Assembly (NCBI GenBank): GCA_963764715.1
Contig: CAVXTP010000022.1
Span: forward strand, 192,001-256,000
Source of the DNA: an uncultured Acidobacteriota bacterium
GTDB lineage: Bacteria > Acidobacteriota > Thermoanaerobaculia > UBA5066 > Gp7-AA6
DNA length: 64,000 nucleotides
Direction of reading: 5' to 3'
Below, piece after piece: positions 10,262 to 20,220 of this stretch; position 1 is the stretch's first letter, and every line of letters starts with the position of its first letter. The notes beneath the pieces were generated by a model, which saw only the letters and a program-made list of their open reading frames with translations, was not told the origin of the DNA and did not search any database. Position numbers and translations under genes: made by a program.

Positions 10262-12166
10262 CTACCGAAGTTGGAGGGCCCGGGCCCAGGTCGGCCGGCC
10301 CCGGGCGGCGAGGAGGGCCGCGGCACGCTTCCGCCACTCGGGCGACCCGGGGTCGAGGCCGGCCAGGGTCGGGTCGCCGGCGATCCTGGCGAGGACGCCG
10401 TCCCGCTCGAGGATCTCGGACTCGACCTCCCGGGCCCGGTCGGCGGCCCGCGGCCGCGACACGCTCGCGATCTCGCGGGGATTGATTTCGTCCGAGCGCC
10501 GGAACGCCGCCAGGGCCTCCTCCAGGAAGCCGTTGCGCCGGTAGATCAGCCCCAGGTTGTAGAAGAGCACGTCGTTGTCGGGCGCCGACCCGGCCGCCTC
10601 GGAGAGCTCGCGCCGGGCCCGGGCCCAGTCGCGGCCCTCCCAGGTCATGCCGAGCATCTGGTGGAAGTTTCCGATCAGGTTCTGCGTCAGGTAGTCCTTC
10701 GGAACGCGCGGGTCGAGCTCCCCGTCGAGCCGGTCCTTGACGGGGGTGGGGGGAGGCCACGGCCGGCCGGCCCGCCACGCGCGGAAGGCCATGCCGACGG
10801 GTACGGGATCGAGCTCGGCGATCCGCCAGTTGGGATAGTGAGTCGTGTAGACGGGGTCCACGTCGGGGTTGAAAGCCAGGGGCGGAAGATTCGCCCCGCC
10901 CACGCCTTCGAGAATGAGGTCCACGTCCGGGCGGAGCCCCTCGCCGAGATTCAGGTACATGAGGATGAAGAGCACGTTGTCGTCCGACGCGATCAGGTGC
11001 GCGCCGGGAGGTAGCGTCGAGAGGAGCGTCCTTGAATAGTCCTCGCCGATCCGGTAGCGGCTGCGGTCGTTCTCGCGCCATCCCGTCGCGGCGAGCGCCA
11101 GCGGCGGCAGGAGCGCGAGGGCCGCGAGCGGCGGCCGCGTGCGTTCCGCGAGCGCCTGCCAGCCCCACCCGGCCATGAGCGAAAGCGCGAGGTACGAGGG
11201 AATGTAGTAGCGGTGCCAGAGGAAGAGGTCGCTGCGCGAGCCGTGAAGCGCCATCGTCGCGACGTTGGCGAACATGACGAGGAGCGGCAACAAGACCGGC
11301 CAGCCGCGCCTCCTCGAGGCGAGGATCGCGAGAAGGGCCAGTCCGGCGCCGGCCCACGCCGATTCGCGCAAGAGGCTCCACCCGTAGTCTCGAAGGATCG
11401 GAACGAGATCCTCCGGCCCCCGGATCCACGCGCGACCCCAGAAGTCCGACCGCAGCACGACGGACACGAAGCTCGAGGGCGTGACCGGATGTCCCCAGTC
11501 GAGCAGGGGATGCGCGCGCGCGCGAAGCGGCAGGTAGACGTAGGGGAGGAGTCCCGCGGCGCCGGCGAGAAGGCAGCTCCCGATCAGGCGCCAGCGTCTG
11601 ACGATCGCCGGGTCGGTGGCGACGACGAAGAGGCCGATGGCGAGCCCGGTGACTCCCATCTCGAGGTGGTTCGTCGCCCCCAGGCCGCAGACGAACGCCC
11701 CGGCGACGAGGTCGCGGTCGCGGCGCTCCCGGTGCCAGCGGAGGGCGAGCCGCAGCGCGAGCGCCAGGAAGAGAGCGTTTAGTGCGTAGACCCGCTGGAT
11801 GTTGGCCTCCGCCCAGAAGCTCGGCGAGAACGCGAGCAGCCATGCGGCGCCGGCCGACGCGACGACGCCGACACCGGACTCGCGCGCCGCGCGATGGAGC
11901 AAGGCGCAGGCTCCCGCCGCGCAGGCCGCCGAGAAGAGGCTCACGCTCCACGGCAGCGGCAGGAAGAAGAAGACGAGGGACCAGGCCTTCGCGAGAAGGA
12001 CGTAGAGCGGGTAGCCGGACGGATGCGGAATGCCGAGCACGGCGATCGCGGTCAGGAGGTCGCCGCTGTCGCCGACGTAGGCCGTCCGGCACGCGCCCGC
12101 GGCGTACACGGCGAGAGGAACGGCCGCGACCGCGAGGGTTCCCGCGACTTCGCGGCGAGGCTGCAT
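10262..12166 (-). CDS. DUF2723/TMEM260-like GT-C membrane glycosyltransferase with C-terminal TPR
   Basis: GDSGDL...LGIPHPSGYPLY motif, FWAEA...VYALN, many TMs, C-terminal YNLGLIY TPR; start at MQPRREV inside the longer ORF. Confidence 0.8.
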   Translation of the reverse strand: MQPRREVAGTLAVAAVPLAVYAAGACRTAYVGDSGDLLTAIAVLGIPHPSGYPLYVLLAKAWSLVFFFLPLPWSVSLFSAACAAGACALLHRAARESGVGVVASAGAAWLLAFSPSFWAEANIQRVYALNALFLALALRLALRWHRERRDRDLVAGAFVCGLGATNHLEMGVTGLAIGLFVVATDPAIVRRWRLIGSCLLAGAAGLLPYVYLPLRARAHPLLDWGHPVTPSSFVSVVLRSDFWGRAWIRGPEDLVPILRDYGWSLLRESAWAGAGLALLAILASRRRGWPVLLPLLVMFANVATMALHGSRSDLFLWHRYYIPSYLALSLMAGWGWQALAERTRPPLAALALLPPLALAATGWRENDRSRYRIGEDYSRTLLSTLPPGAHLIASDDNVLFILMYLNLGEGLRPDVDLILEGVGGANLPPLAFNPDVDPVYTTHYPNWRIAELDPVPVGMAFRAWRAGRPWPPPTPVKDRLDGELDPRVPKDYLTQNLIGNFHQMLGMTWEGRDWARARRELSEAAGSAPDNDVLFYNLGLIYRRNGFLEEALAAFRRSDEINPREIASVSRPRAADRAREVESEILERDGVLARIAGDPTLAGLDPGSPEWRKRAAALLAARGRPTWARALQLR

Positions 12167-12183
12167 CGGTTGACCCGGCGGCC

Positions 12184-14151
12184 TCAGCGCGCGGTCGGCG
12201 CGGCCTGGCGCAGGCGCTTCAGGTTCTCGGCGAAGAGGGCGTTGCCGGGGTCGATCCGGAGGCCCTGCTCGAGCGCCGCGATCGCCCCCGCCGTGTCGCC
12301 GCGAAGGTAGGCCACGTTGGCCCGGTACTGGTAGAGGAGGGGCAGCTTCGGCGCAATGCGCGTCGCCTCGTCGAGCTTCCGGTCGGCCGACGCGTAGTCG
12401 CCGCGGCGCGCGGCGCCGGCCGCCTCCTCGGCGAGGGCCGCCGCGCGCCTCTCGGCGTCCGAACGAGGCTCCTGGGGCAGCGGAGCTCCGAGCCGCTGGA
12501 GCGCGCGCCGCGAGGGCTCGTACTGGGGGTTGTACTTGACGGCCGTCTGGTAGTCGGCGACCGCGGCGTCCCGTTCGCCGCGCCGTTCGTGGACGACCGC
12601 CCGATTGTGGTACGCCTCGACGTTGAGAGGCTCGAGCGCGATCGCCTTCGTCAACTGTTCGAGGGCCCCGGCATAATCGCCCAGCGCGCCGAGCGCTCCC
12701 GCGTAGCTCGCCCGCAGCGCCCCGTCGTCGGGCTTCTCCGCGACGAGCTTTTCGTACGCGCGGGCGGCCTCGTCGAATCGCCCGGCTTCGAAGGCCACGG
12801 CGGCGAGGTTCCGGTCGCCGGTCGCCGACTTCGCGCCGATGTACCCGAGGCTCTGGAGCTTCTTGACGATCTCCGGGTCGACCTGCGAGTCCTGCGGGGC
12901 CGCACCGGAGGATGCCTGCGCCGTGGCGGTCTCGTAGGTCGCGACGGGCGCCGGGATCGTCAGGTCGAGGCCTTCCGCGAGAACGCGGCCCGGCATGTCG
13001 GCAGCGCGGCCGAGGCCGTTCAAGGCGAGCACGGTCGGCGCGATGTCGAGGATGGTGGGGCGGTTCAGCCGCGTCCGCGGCTTCACGCGGTGGCCGTAGA
13101 GATAGAGGATGCCCTCCGGCCGGTGAAAGACCTCGCTGACGCGCCGCATGTCCCGGGTCTTCGACGGATCGTCCTGCAGCTTCCCGAGCTCGAAGCCGTG
13201 GTCCGACAGGACGACGAGCGTCGTGCGACGGTCCATCGCGGCGAGGACGCGGCCGAGCAGCCGGTCGGCATAGGCATACATCTCCTCGACCGCCCGACCG
13301 AACTTGACCTGCTGCAGGGCGAGCTCGCCCGAAAGGTCCTGCGCCCGGAAGAGGTGGCCGAAGAGGTGCGAGGTCGAGTCGACGCCTTCGATGTAGAGCA
13401 GCAGATTGTCGGGCCTGTCTTCCTTCCAGAGCTGGAGCCCGATCGCCGTGTAGGTCTCGGCCGTGGCATAGGCCCACTTGAAGTGGGAGAGGTCGTCCTC
13501 GAAGTCGAAGGGCCGGGCGGCCTCCTCGGCCGTGACGGACACGAACGGAGCGAGCTCCGCGGGCGTGACGTCCTGCGGCCTCTTCAACGCCCCGGCGATG
13601 CGGGCCTCGACCTGCGGCGGCGAGACCTTTCCGGCGCCGCCCGCGGCGCCCGCGGCGCCTTCCTCCATCAGAAAGTGGTAGGCGAAGTGGTCCGAGACGA
13701 CGGCGCCCTTGACGGTTTCGGCCGGCCAGGTGGCCCACCAGCCGACGACGTCGACCGACCGGTTGGCCGCGGAGAGGATGTTCCAAACCGCCTGCACGCG
13801 GCGCATCTGGCTCGTGACCGGAAGCTGCTCGCCCGTCGCCGGGTTGACGGCGACGAAGTGGCCGATGCGGTGAACGTCGGGCGTCTTGCCGGTCGCCACC
13901 GTCGTCCAGATGACCGGGGAAAGCAGCGGCTTCTGGGACAGGAGCGGGGCATAGGCGCCCTCGCGGCGGAGCTTCGCGAAGTTCGGGAGCTTGCCCTCCG
14001 ACATCAGCAGGTCGATGGTCGCCGGATCGGCCCCGTCGAGCCCGAGGACGATCACGCGGCCGGGCTTCGCGCCCCGGCCGCAGGCGAGGAGGCCGAGGGC
14101 CAGAGCGGCGGCGGCCGCGAGAACCCGCGCCGCCCGGGAGGGGTGCCTCAC
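12184..14151 (-). CDS. alkaline phosphatase/phosphodiesterase-superfamily lipoprotein with C-terminal TPRs
   Basis: Lipobox LLAC, VIVLGLDGAD, LSPVIWTTVATG, VLSDHGF, KLQSLGYI, then TPRs; GTG 14151. Confidence 0.82.
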   Translation of the reverse strand: MRHPSRAARVLAAAAALALGLLACGRGAKPGRVIVLGLDGADPATIDLLMSEGKLPNFAKLRREGAYAPLLSQKPLLSPVIWTTVATGKTPDVHRIGHFVAVNPATGEQLPVTSQMRRVQAVWNILSAANRSVDVVGWWATWPAETVKGAVVSDHFAYHFLMEEGAAGAAGGAGKVSPPQVEARIAGALKRPQDVTPAELAPFVSVTAEEAARPFDFEDDLSHFKWAYATAETYTAIGLQLWKEDRPDNLLLYIEGVDSTSHLFGHLFRAQDLSGELALQQVKFGRAVEEMYAYADRLLGRVLAAMDRRTTLVVLSDHGFELGKLQDDPSKTRDMRRVSEVFHRPEGILYLYGHRVKPRTRLNRPTILDIAPTVLALNGLGRAADMPGRVLAEGLDLTIPAPVATYETATAQASSGAAPQDSQVDPEIVKKLQSLGYIGAKSATGDRNLAAVAFEAGRFDEAARAYEKLVAEKPDDGALRASYAGALGALGDYAGALEQLTKAIALEPLNVEAYHNRAVVHERRGERDAAVADYQTAVKYNPQYEPSRRALQRLGAPLPQEPRSDAERRAAALAEEAAGAARRGDYASADRKLDEATRIAPKLPLLYQYRANVAYLRGDTAGAIAALEQGLRIDPGNALFAENLKRLRQAAPTAR

Positions 14152-14184
14152 GCCGGCCGATTCTATGCTGGTACTCTCGGCGGC

Positions 14185-14814
14185 GTGGCGACCGGCAACG
14201 TCGAAAGGCTGGTGGCTGGCGTTCTGCGCGAGCTGGAGCGGCGCGGTTTCCTGCTCGAGACCGACCCGAAGCTGCCGAGCCTCGTCGCCCTCGTCGCGGG
14301 CGGGCCCGTCCGGGGCTCGTGGTGGGGGCATCCCCTGGGGCACACGATCTTCGCCACGGGCGAGACGCTGTTCCGGCACCGAGACGTCCTCCTCGTCAAG
14401 CTCGTCTCCGGGAAGGCGACCTGGGTCCATCGCCGTCTCTGGCCGGCGCTGCTCGCCGTCGCGCGTTCGCGCGAGCCGTGGCAAACCGATGGCCTGTCGG
14501 AGCCGGCGCGAGCGCTTCTCGCGATGATCGAGCGCGAGGGAGAGGCCCGCGGCGAGGGCCCGGTCGCGCTGGAGCTCGAGACGCGGCTTCTCGCGCGCGG
14601 CGAGCAGGCGCACACGCGGAGCGGACGCCATGCCAAGATCCTCGAGTCCTGGGAGCGCTGGGCCGCCCGCGTCCGGCCCGCCGTCGCGACGGTGTCGCCG
14701 GAGCAGGGCCGGCGCGAGCTGGAAGGCGTCCTCGAGGGCCTCAACGCGAGCCACGAAGGTCGGGGACGGCTTCCCTGGCAGCGCCCGGCGCGCCGCCGCG
14801 CGTCTCCGGGTTAG
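14185..14814 (+). CDS. hypothetical protein, possibly AlkZ-related winged-helix
   Basis: GC-typical codon usage; GSWWGHP and KLVSGKATWVHRRLWPAL motifs; GTG 7 nt after TACTCT. Confidence 0.55.
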   Translation: MATGNVERLVAGVLRELERRGFLLETDPKLPSLVALVAGGPVRGSWWGHPLGHTIFATGETLFRHRDVLLVKLVSGKATWVHRRLWPALLAVARSREPWQTDGLSEPARALLAMIEREGEARGEGPVALELETRLLARGEQAHTRSGRHAKILESWERWAARVRPAVATVSPEQGRRELEGVLEGLNASHEGRGRLPWQRPARRRASPG

Positions 14815-14831
14815 AATCCGCGCCGCGAACC

Positions 14832-16097
14832 ATGGCCGAAACCGGAAAGTTTCTCTTTCGCAAAGTCGAGAAGGCGATCCAGGCGATCGAGCGGACGGCG
14901 GACGCCTCGGCCACGATCATGCAGACGGCCTCGACCGTGATCGAGCAGTTCTCCGAGGTGCTCGGCGTGCGCGGCGGCCGTCTCTACGTGCGCCGCGACG
15001 GCGGCTACGAGCTCGTCCGCACCTTCGGCAACGTGCCGGCCATTCCGCCCGGCCTCTTCATCCCGGAGGACTACGTTCCGATCGAGCGCGTGGTCGACGA
15101 GGGCGTGCTGGTCATGGACCTGTCGGCGCCGGGCGTCGACGCCGAGCTCGAACGGCGCCTGGGCGCCGAGCGCTTCGCGGCGATCGCCGTGGGCGACGAC
15201 GAATACATCCTGTCCTTCACGGTCGATCCGGCGGCGCCGGAGGACGACCTCCTCTCCTCGCTCGGCATCCTGCGCCTCGCCGTCGACCAGAAGCTGCGGC
15301 AGGACCGGTACGTCTCCGCGCTCCAGGAGGCCCGCCGGATCCAGATGTCGATCCTGCCCAAGCGCGCCCTCCGCCGGGGATCGATCGAGGTCGCGGGATT
15401 CACGACTCCGGCCGAGCTCGTCGGCGGCGACTACTTCGACTTCATTTCCGTGTCGGATCGCATTCTCGGGATCGCGATCGCCGACGCCTCGGGACACGGC
15501 CTGCCGGCGGCCCTCCAGGTGCGGGACGTGTACACGGGCCTGCGCATGGCGGTCGAGCGCGACTTCAAGATCGTCCGCACGGTCGAGCGCCTCAACCGGA
15601 TCATCCACGAGTCGCGTCTCACGACCCGCTTCGTGTCGCTCTTCTACGGGGAGATCGAGGACGACGGGAACCTGATGTACGTCAACGCCGGCCATCCGCA
15701 CCCGCTCCACTTCCACGGCATGAGCGTCACGCCGCTGGTGCAGACCGGGCTCGTGCTCGGCCCGACTTCCAACGCCACGTACAGCCGCGGGTTCCGCCGG
15801 ATCGAGCCGGGCGACGCGCTCCTCTTCTACACCGACGGGATGGTCGAGGCGCACGACGACAACGGCGAGGAGTACGGCCCCGGGAGGCTCACGCGGGCGT
15901 TCCTGGAGCTCCGCGAGCGGCCCTGCGACGAGATCGCGCGGGAGCTCATCAAGCGGGTCACCGAATGGTGCGGCGGCGGCGAGCCCGAGGACGACCGCAC
16001 GGTCGTCGTCCTGAAGCGCCACTTCGGTCCGGCGCCGGCCGGCAGCGAGGGGCGGACGAGCTCGGGAACCTACCCGGTGCCGAAGGTCCCGGCGTAG
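14832..16097 (+). CDS. SpoIIE/RsbU-type PP2C phosphatase with N-terminal GAF-like region
   Basis: VGGDYFD, IADASGHG, NAGHP, YTDG, EDDRT motifs. Confidence 0.9.
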   Translation: MAETGKFLFRKVEKAIQAIERTADASATIMQTASTVIEQFSEVLGVRGGRLYVRRDGGYELVRTFGNVPAIPPGLFIPEDYVPIERVVDEGVLVMDLSAPGVDAELERRLGAERFAAIAVGDDEYILSFTVDPAAPEDDLLSSLGILRLAVDQKLRQDRYVSALQEARRIQMSILPKRALRRGSIEVAGFTTPAELVGGDYFDFISVSDRILGIAIADASGHGLPAALQVRDVYTGLRMAVERDFKIVRTVERLNRIIHESRLTTRFVSLFYGEIEDDGNLMYVNAGHPHPLHFHGMSVTPLVQTGLVLGPTSNATYSRGFRRIEPGDALLFYTDGMVEAHDDNGEEYGPGRLTRAFLELRERPCDEIARELIKRVTEWCGGGEPEDDRTVVVLKRHFGPAPAGSEGRTSSGTYPVPKVPA

Positions 16098-16118
16098 GGC
16101 GCCGCGGCGTTCGGGGCG

Positions 16119-17048
16119 TCAGGCTTTGTGCCGGCTCCGAAAGAACTCCGCCGTCTTCTTCAGGCCCTCTTCGAGGCGCGTCCAGGCCGGCAGGCCGAAG
16201 TCCTTCCGCACGAGAGAGCCGTCGAGGACGCTGCGCATCTGTTCGCCGGCCGGGGCCGGGACGTGCGGCGGAGTCGCCGTGTAGCCGTACTCCTTCGCCA
16301 GTTGCGCAAACAGGCGATTGACCGACGTCTCCACGCCCGTGCCGAGGTTCCAGACGCCGCTCTTGTCGTTTCCCGCCGCGGCCGCCGCCGCCCGGACCAG
16401 GTCGCCGACGAAGACGTAATCGCGCGTCTGCTCGCCGTCGCCGTTGATCTTCAGGGGCCGGCTCCCGAGCATGGCCTCCGAGAAGATCGCCACGACGCCG
16501 GCCTCGCCGGTGCCGTCCTGCCAGGGCCCGTAGACATTGGCATAGCGGAAGACCTGGGTCTGGAATCCGTGGACCACGCGGTAGTAGTGCATGTATTTCT
16601 CGATCGAGAGCTTGGCGCAGCCATAGGGGGAGACGGGGTTGGTGGGGTGGGACTCGGGCGCCGGGCGTCCGCCCTCCGGCTCCCCGTAGATCGCGCCGCC
16701 GGTCGAGGAGAACAGCACGTGACGCAGACCGGCGCGGCGCATGGCCTCGAAGAGCATCAGGCTTCCGATGATGTTGGCGCGCGCGTCGCCGATCGGATCG
16801 GCCACGCTGTGCCGCAGGTCGATCTGCGCGGCGTGGTGGGAGACGAACTCGATCTTCTCTTCGCGCAGGAGGGGCTCGAGGTCGACCGACGCGATGTCGG
16901 CCTGCACGAAGCGCGCGGCCTGGGGCAGGCGCTCGCGCCGCCCCGAGGAGAGGTCGTCGACGATGACGACCCGGTGGCCGTCCTGGAGGTGCCGCTTCGC
17001 CATGTGCGAGCCGATGAAGCCCGCGCCGCCGGTCACGAGGATGTTCAT
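16119..17048 (-). CDS. NAD-dependent epimerase/dehydratase (UDP-glucose 4-epimerase-like)
   Basis: ILVTGGAGFIGSH, SSTGGAIYG, YGCAK (YxxxK), RYANVYGP. Confidence 0.92.
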   Translation of the reverse strand: MNILVTGGAGFIGSHMAKRHLQDGHRVVIVDDLSSGRRERLPQAARFVQADIASVDLEPLLREEKIEFVSHHAAQIDLRHSVADPIGDARANIIGSLMLFEAMRRAGLRHVLFSSTGGAIYGEPEGGRPAPESHPTNPVSPYGCAKLSIEKYMHYYRVVHGFQTQVFRYANVYGPWQDGTGEAGVVAIFSEAMLGSRPLKINGDGEQTRDYVFVGDLVRAAAAAAGNDKSGVWNLGTGVETSVNRLFAQLAKEYGYTATPPHVPAPAGEQMRSVLDGSLVRKDFGLPAWTRLEEGLKKTAEFFRSRHKA

Positions 17049-17077
17049 AGAATGGGCCGGTCCTTTCGAATCCCGGC

Positions 17078-17695
17078 ATGATAGCGGACGAACCGAAGCG
17101 CCCCGATTCCCGCCTCGCGATCGACCCGCGCGCCCTCGGGCTGCGCGAGGCGCCCCGCGCGTTCTTCCGCCGCGACACCTCACGCGTCGCCCGCGACCTC
17201 GTCGGCGCGTGGATCGCCCGGCGCTGGAGGGGCCGCTGGTACGGCGCGCGGCTCGTCGAGACCGAGGCATACCTGGGGCCGACCGACCGCGCGGCCCATT
17301 CCTGGGGCGGTCGGCGGACGGCGCGCATCGAGCCGATGTACGCCGACGGAGGGCACCTCTACGTTTTCCTCGTCTACGGCATGCACCACTGCGCCAACGT
17401 CGTCACGCGCCGCGAAGGCGTGGCGGAGGCGGTGCTGCTGCGGGCGGCGGAAGGCCCGGACGGCGCGCCCCCGCGTCTGCTCGCCGGCCCGGGCAAGCTC
17501 TGCGCGGGCCTCGGGATCACCGTGCGAGACAGCGGTCGGGATCTCCTCGGCGGCGCCGTGCGGATCCTCGTTCCCGCCCGCCGCCCCCGCCGCCGCCTCG
17601 CGGCCTCGGCTCGGATCGGCATCGACTACGCCGGCGCCGCGAAGCACTGGCCGCTGCGCTTCTACGACAAGGATTCGGACGCGGTCTCGCGTTAG
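17078..17695 (+). CDS. mpg: DNA-3-methyladenine glycosylase (MPG/AAG family)
   Basis: VETEAYLG.D.AAHS, YVFLVYGMHHC.NVV, AVLLRA, GPGKLC, RIGI. Confidence 0.92.
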   Translation: MIADEPKRPDSRLAIDPRALGLREAPRAFFRRDTSRVARDLVGAWIARRWRGRWYGARLVETEAYLGPTDRAAHSWGGRRTARIEPMYADGGHLYVFLVYGMHHCANVVTRREGVAEAVLLRAAEGPDGAPPRLLAGPGKLCAGLGITVRDSGRDLLGGAVRILVPARRPRRRLAASARIGIDYAGAAKHWPLRFYDKDSDAVSR

Positions 17696-17719
17696 GGCGG
17701 CCGCAAGGGCCGCCCCTAC
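17695..17719 (-). repeat. GTAG-family REP-like palindrome
   Basis: Minus strand reads GTAG-GGGCGGCC-CTTGC-GGCCGCCC. Confidence 0.65.
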
Positions 17720-17764
17720 GACCGGAGCCCGTGGACACCCTCATACGGCACTCTCCCTGCAGTT

Positions 17765-17914
17765 CGCGGCGCGGATAGTCTCCCGAGCGAAGCGAGGGAG
17801 GAGGTCCGCGCCGCGGGAGCGAAGCGCGGCGAGGAGGTCAGGCTCGCGGTCGAGCCCACAGGCGAGCCGCGAGCCGGTGCGCCCGCAGGGCGCAGACCTC
17901 CTCGCAAGCGGAGC
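17765..17914. repeat. multi-branched palindromic element with GNA-triloop mini-hairpins
   Basis: Stems 17765-75/17805-15, 17829-39/17895-905, 17841-49/17867-75, 17878-84/17888-94; GCGAAGC twice, GCGGAGC once. Confidence 0.7.
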
Positions 17915-17919
17915 GACGG

Positions 17920-20220
17920 TTAGTGGGGTAAGAGCGGCAGCTGCCCCGGCCCGGGCTCCGACGTCGCGACGACGGCGTTCTTTCCGCCGTGCTTCGCGCG
18001 GTAGAGGGCGGCGTCGGCCTTCTCGACGAGCGCCTTCTTTTCGGTCGAGTCGTCCGGGTAGGTCGCCAGTCCGATCGAGACCGTGGCCCGGAGGATCTCG
18101 CGGGAGTCGGGCATCCGGAAGAGACGCTCGTCGATGCGCCGGCGCACGCGCTCGGCGACCAGCACCGCTTCGCTGACGGGCGTCTCCGGCAGGACCAGCG
18201 CGAACTCGTCTCCTCCGTAGCGGGCGAGCAGGTCCATGTCGCCGCGGACCTCGGCCCGGACCTCGGCCACGATGCCCTGCAGGACCGCGTCGCCCACGGG
18301 ATGCCCGAAGCGGTCGTTGATCGCCTTGAAGTCGTCGATGTCGAGCATCACGACGGTCAGGGGGCGGCCGAGCCGCTCGGCGCGGCCGAGCTCGCGCTGC
18401 AGCACCTCCTGGAAGTGCCGGTGGTTGTAGGCGCCGGTCAGCGAGTCGCGGATGGACTGCTCGCGCGCCTCGGTGTAGGACCGCGCGTTCTCGATCGCCG
18501 CGACGGCCTGGTTGGCGAAGATCTCGAGCGAGCGGATCGTCTCGACCCTCGGGGTCTCGCCGTTCCTGGGGTCGTCGACCGAAAGGCACCCGAGCAGGCG
18601 GTCCCCGGCGTAGAGGGGGATCCAGAGCAGCTCGCCCGGGTGCCAGGCGTCGTCGCCGGCCGTGACGACCCGCCGGGCCGCGGCGACGGCGGGAGCGGCC
18701 TCCCGCGCCGGCCGGTCGCGGACGTAGAACGACTTGGAGACGCGGTTCTTCTCGGTCCAGTGGCGGGTGATCTCCTCGGCGGGCACGTCGCGCTCCCGCA
18801 GCTCCGGCCAGCGGTCGTCGACGCCGAAGTGGGCCCGCGGCGAAAAGACGTTGCGCTCGCGGTCGTAGAGCGAGAGGACGACCTGCTGGAACCCGAGGCC
18901 CTTGGCGACCGCCGAGGCGATCGAGGGGAGGAGGTCGTCGAGGGTCCGGTTCTTCTTGAGGTCGTTCGAGATCTCGAGGATCTGGTTCAGCGTCTCGGCG
19001 CGCTCGCGGTTGCGCTCCGAGAGCTCCTCGATCTGGGCCCGGATGCTCCGGTCCTGGAGGACGAGCGCGATGTGGTCGGCGATCGTCCGGAGGGAGGCGA
19101 CGGTGGCCGGCGCGTGGAGCGCCGCGTCGGAGCCCTCGAGCACGAGCAGGCCGGAGTGAAGCTCGAAGGTCGAGAGCCGGACGCGGACCTGGTAGTGCGT
19201 GCCCGGCGCCAGGCGGATCTCGCGCGCGTCGCCGACGGCGAGCTCCTCGGGGGCGCTCCCGCGTTCGACGCGGCGCTCGTCGAGGCGGCTGCGGCGCGCC
19301 CAGGCCAGAATGTCGCGGCGGGTCGCGGCGGCCTTCTCCGAGACGTGCACCACGAGGTCCTCGTCCTCGCCGCCCGGCCACTCGATGACGGCCATGGCCT
19401 CGACCGGCAGCAGCCGGGCGACGGCGGCGAAGACCCGCTCGTAGCGGTCGACCCGCGCGCTGCCGCCGAACGTCGTCGAGATTTCGCGCATGACGTCGAG
19501 CTCGCGGTTCTGCCGCGAGACCTCGGCCACCCGCCGCTCCATCGAGGAGAGGTTCCGCACGACGAACGAGGCGAGGACGACCGGGAAGAAGGCGAGCAGC
19601 GTTCCGGCCGCCCCGTACGGCGCGTAGACCAGGACCTCGAGGATGACGATCGGCGCGAGCAGCAGTAGGGCCGCGAGCTGGAAGAAGGCGATCTCGAGGA
19701 GGCGCTCGCGGGATGCCATGCCGCCGAGCTCGAGGTACGCGAAGACGAGCGCCGTGTTGACGAAGAAGAAGACGAGGAGGACCCCGGTGGCGAGGGCCGC
19801 GACGGTCACCCAGCCGGCTCCGGCGGCATGCAGGGCCCGGCAAAAGAGGGCCGCCGCGCCGTAGGCGAGCGAGAGCTGGGCGACGTCGAAGGCGTTGGCG
19901 AGGTTCAGGCGCCGGGGCCGGGCGAGGAGCTTCGAGACGCCGTCCGCCACGGCGCACACGAGCATCGCGGCGCCGGGGGAGTCGAGGATGAGGATGGCGG
20001 GAACGAGGGCCGCGGCTTCGAGGCCGACGTAGTTGCCGGCGTACCGCACGCGGAGCCGGAAGGCCACGACCGAGAGGCCCGCGAAGAAGAGCAGCTCGGG
20101 CCAGCGTTCCCACGGGATGCCCGGCAGAAGGAGCGCGAGCGCCACGCCCGCGCCCGCGCAGGCGGCGACCTGGAGACTCCGGAAGGCGCCTCCCTTCGGG
20201 CGCGGGGCCTCGCCGGTCAC
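17920..20220 (-). CDS. membrane-anchored GAF-domain diguanylate cyclase
   Basis: N-terminal TM bundle, GAF-like regions, DSLTGAYN, DIDDFKAIND.FGH..GD, RYGGDEF; GTG overlaps upstream stop (GTGA). Confidence 0.9.
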   Translation of the reverse strand: MTGEAPRPKGGAFRSLQVAACAGAGVALALLLPGIPWERWPELLFFAGLSVVAFRLRVRYAGNYVGLEAAALVPAILILDSPGAAMLVCAVADGVSKLLARPRRLNLANAFDVAQLSLAYGAAALFCRALHAAGAGWVTVAALATGVLLVFFFVNTALVFAYLELGGMASRERLLEIAFFQLAALLLLAPIVILEVLVYAPYGAAGTLLAFFPVVLASFVVRNLSSMERRVAEVSRQNRELDVMREISTTFGGSARVDRYERVFAAVARLLPVEAMAVIEWPGGEDEDLVVHVSEKAAATRRDILAWARRSRLDERRVERGSAPEELAVGDAREIRLAPGTHYQVRVRLSTFELHSGLLVLEGSDAALHAPATVASLRTIADHIALVLQDRSIRAQIEELSERNRERAETLNQILEISNDLKKNRTLDDLLPSIASAVAKGLGFQQVVLSLYDRERNVFSPRAHFGVDDRWPELRERDVPAEEITRHWTEKNRVSKSFYVRDRPAREAAPAVAAARRVVTAGDDAWHPGELLWIPLYAGDRLLGCLSVDDPRNGETPRVETIRSLEIFANQAVAAIENARSYTEAREQSIRDSLTGAYNHRHFQEVLQRELGRAERLGRPLTVVMLDIDDFKAINDRFGHPVGDAVLQGIVAEVRAEVRGDMDLLARYGGDEFALVLPETPVSEAVLVAERVRRRIDERLFRMPDSREILRATVSIGLATYPDDSTEKKALVEKADAALYRAKHGGKNAVVATSEPGPGQLPLLPH

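Noticed and set aside
17765-17914. Possible tRNA or intrinsic terminator
   Set aside because: No T-loop (TTCG/A) or D-loop pattern, no acceptor stem with CCA, no U-tract
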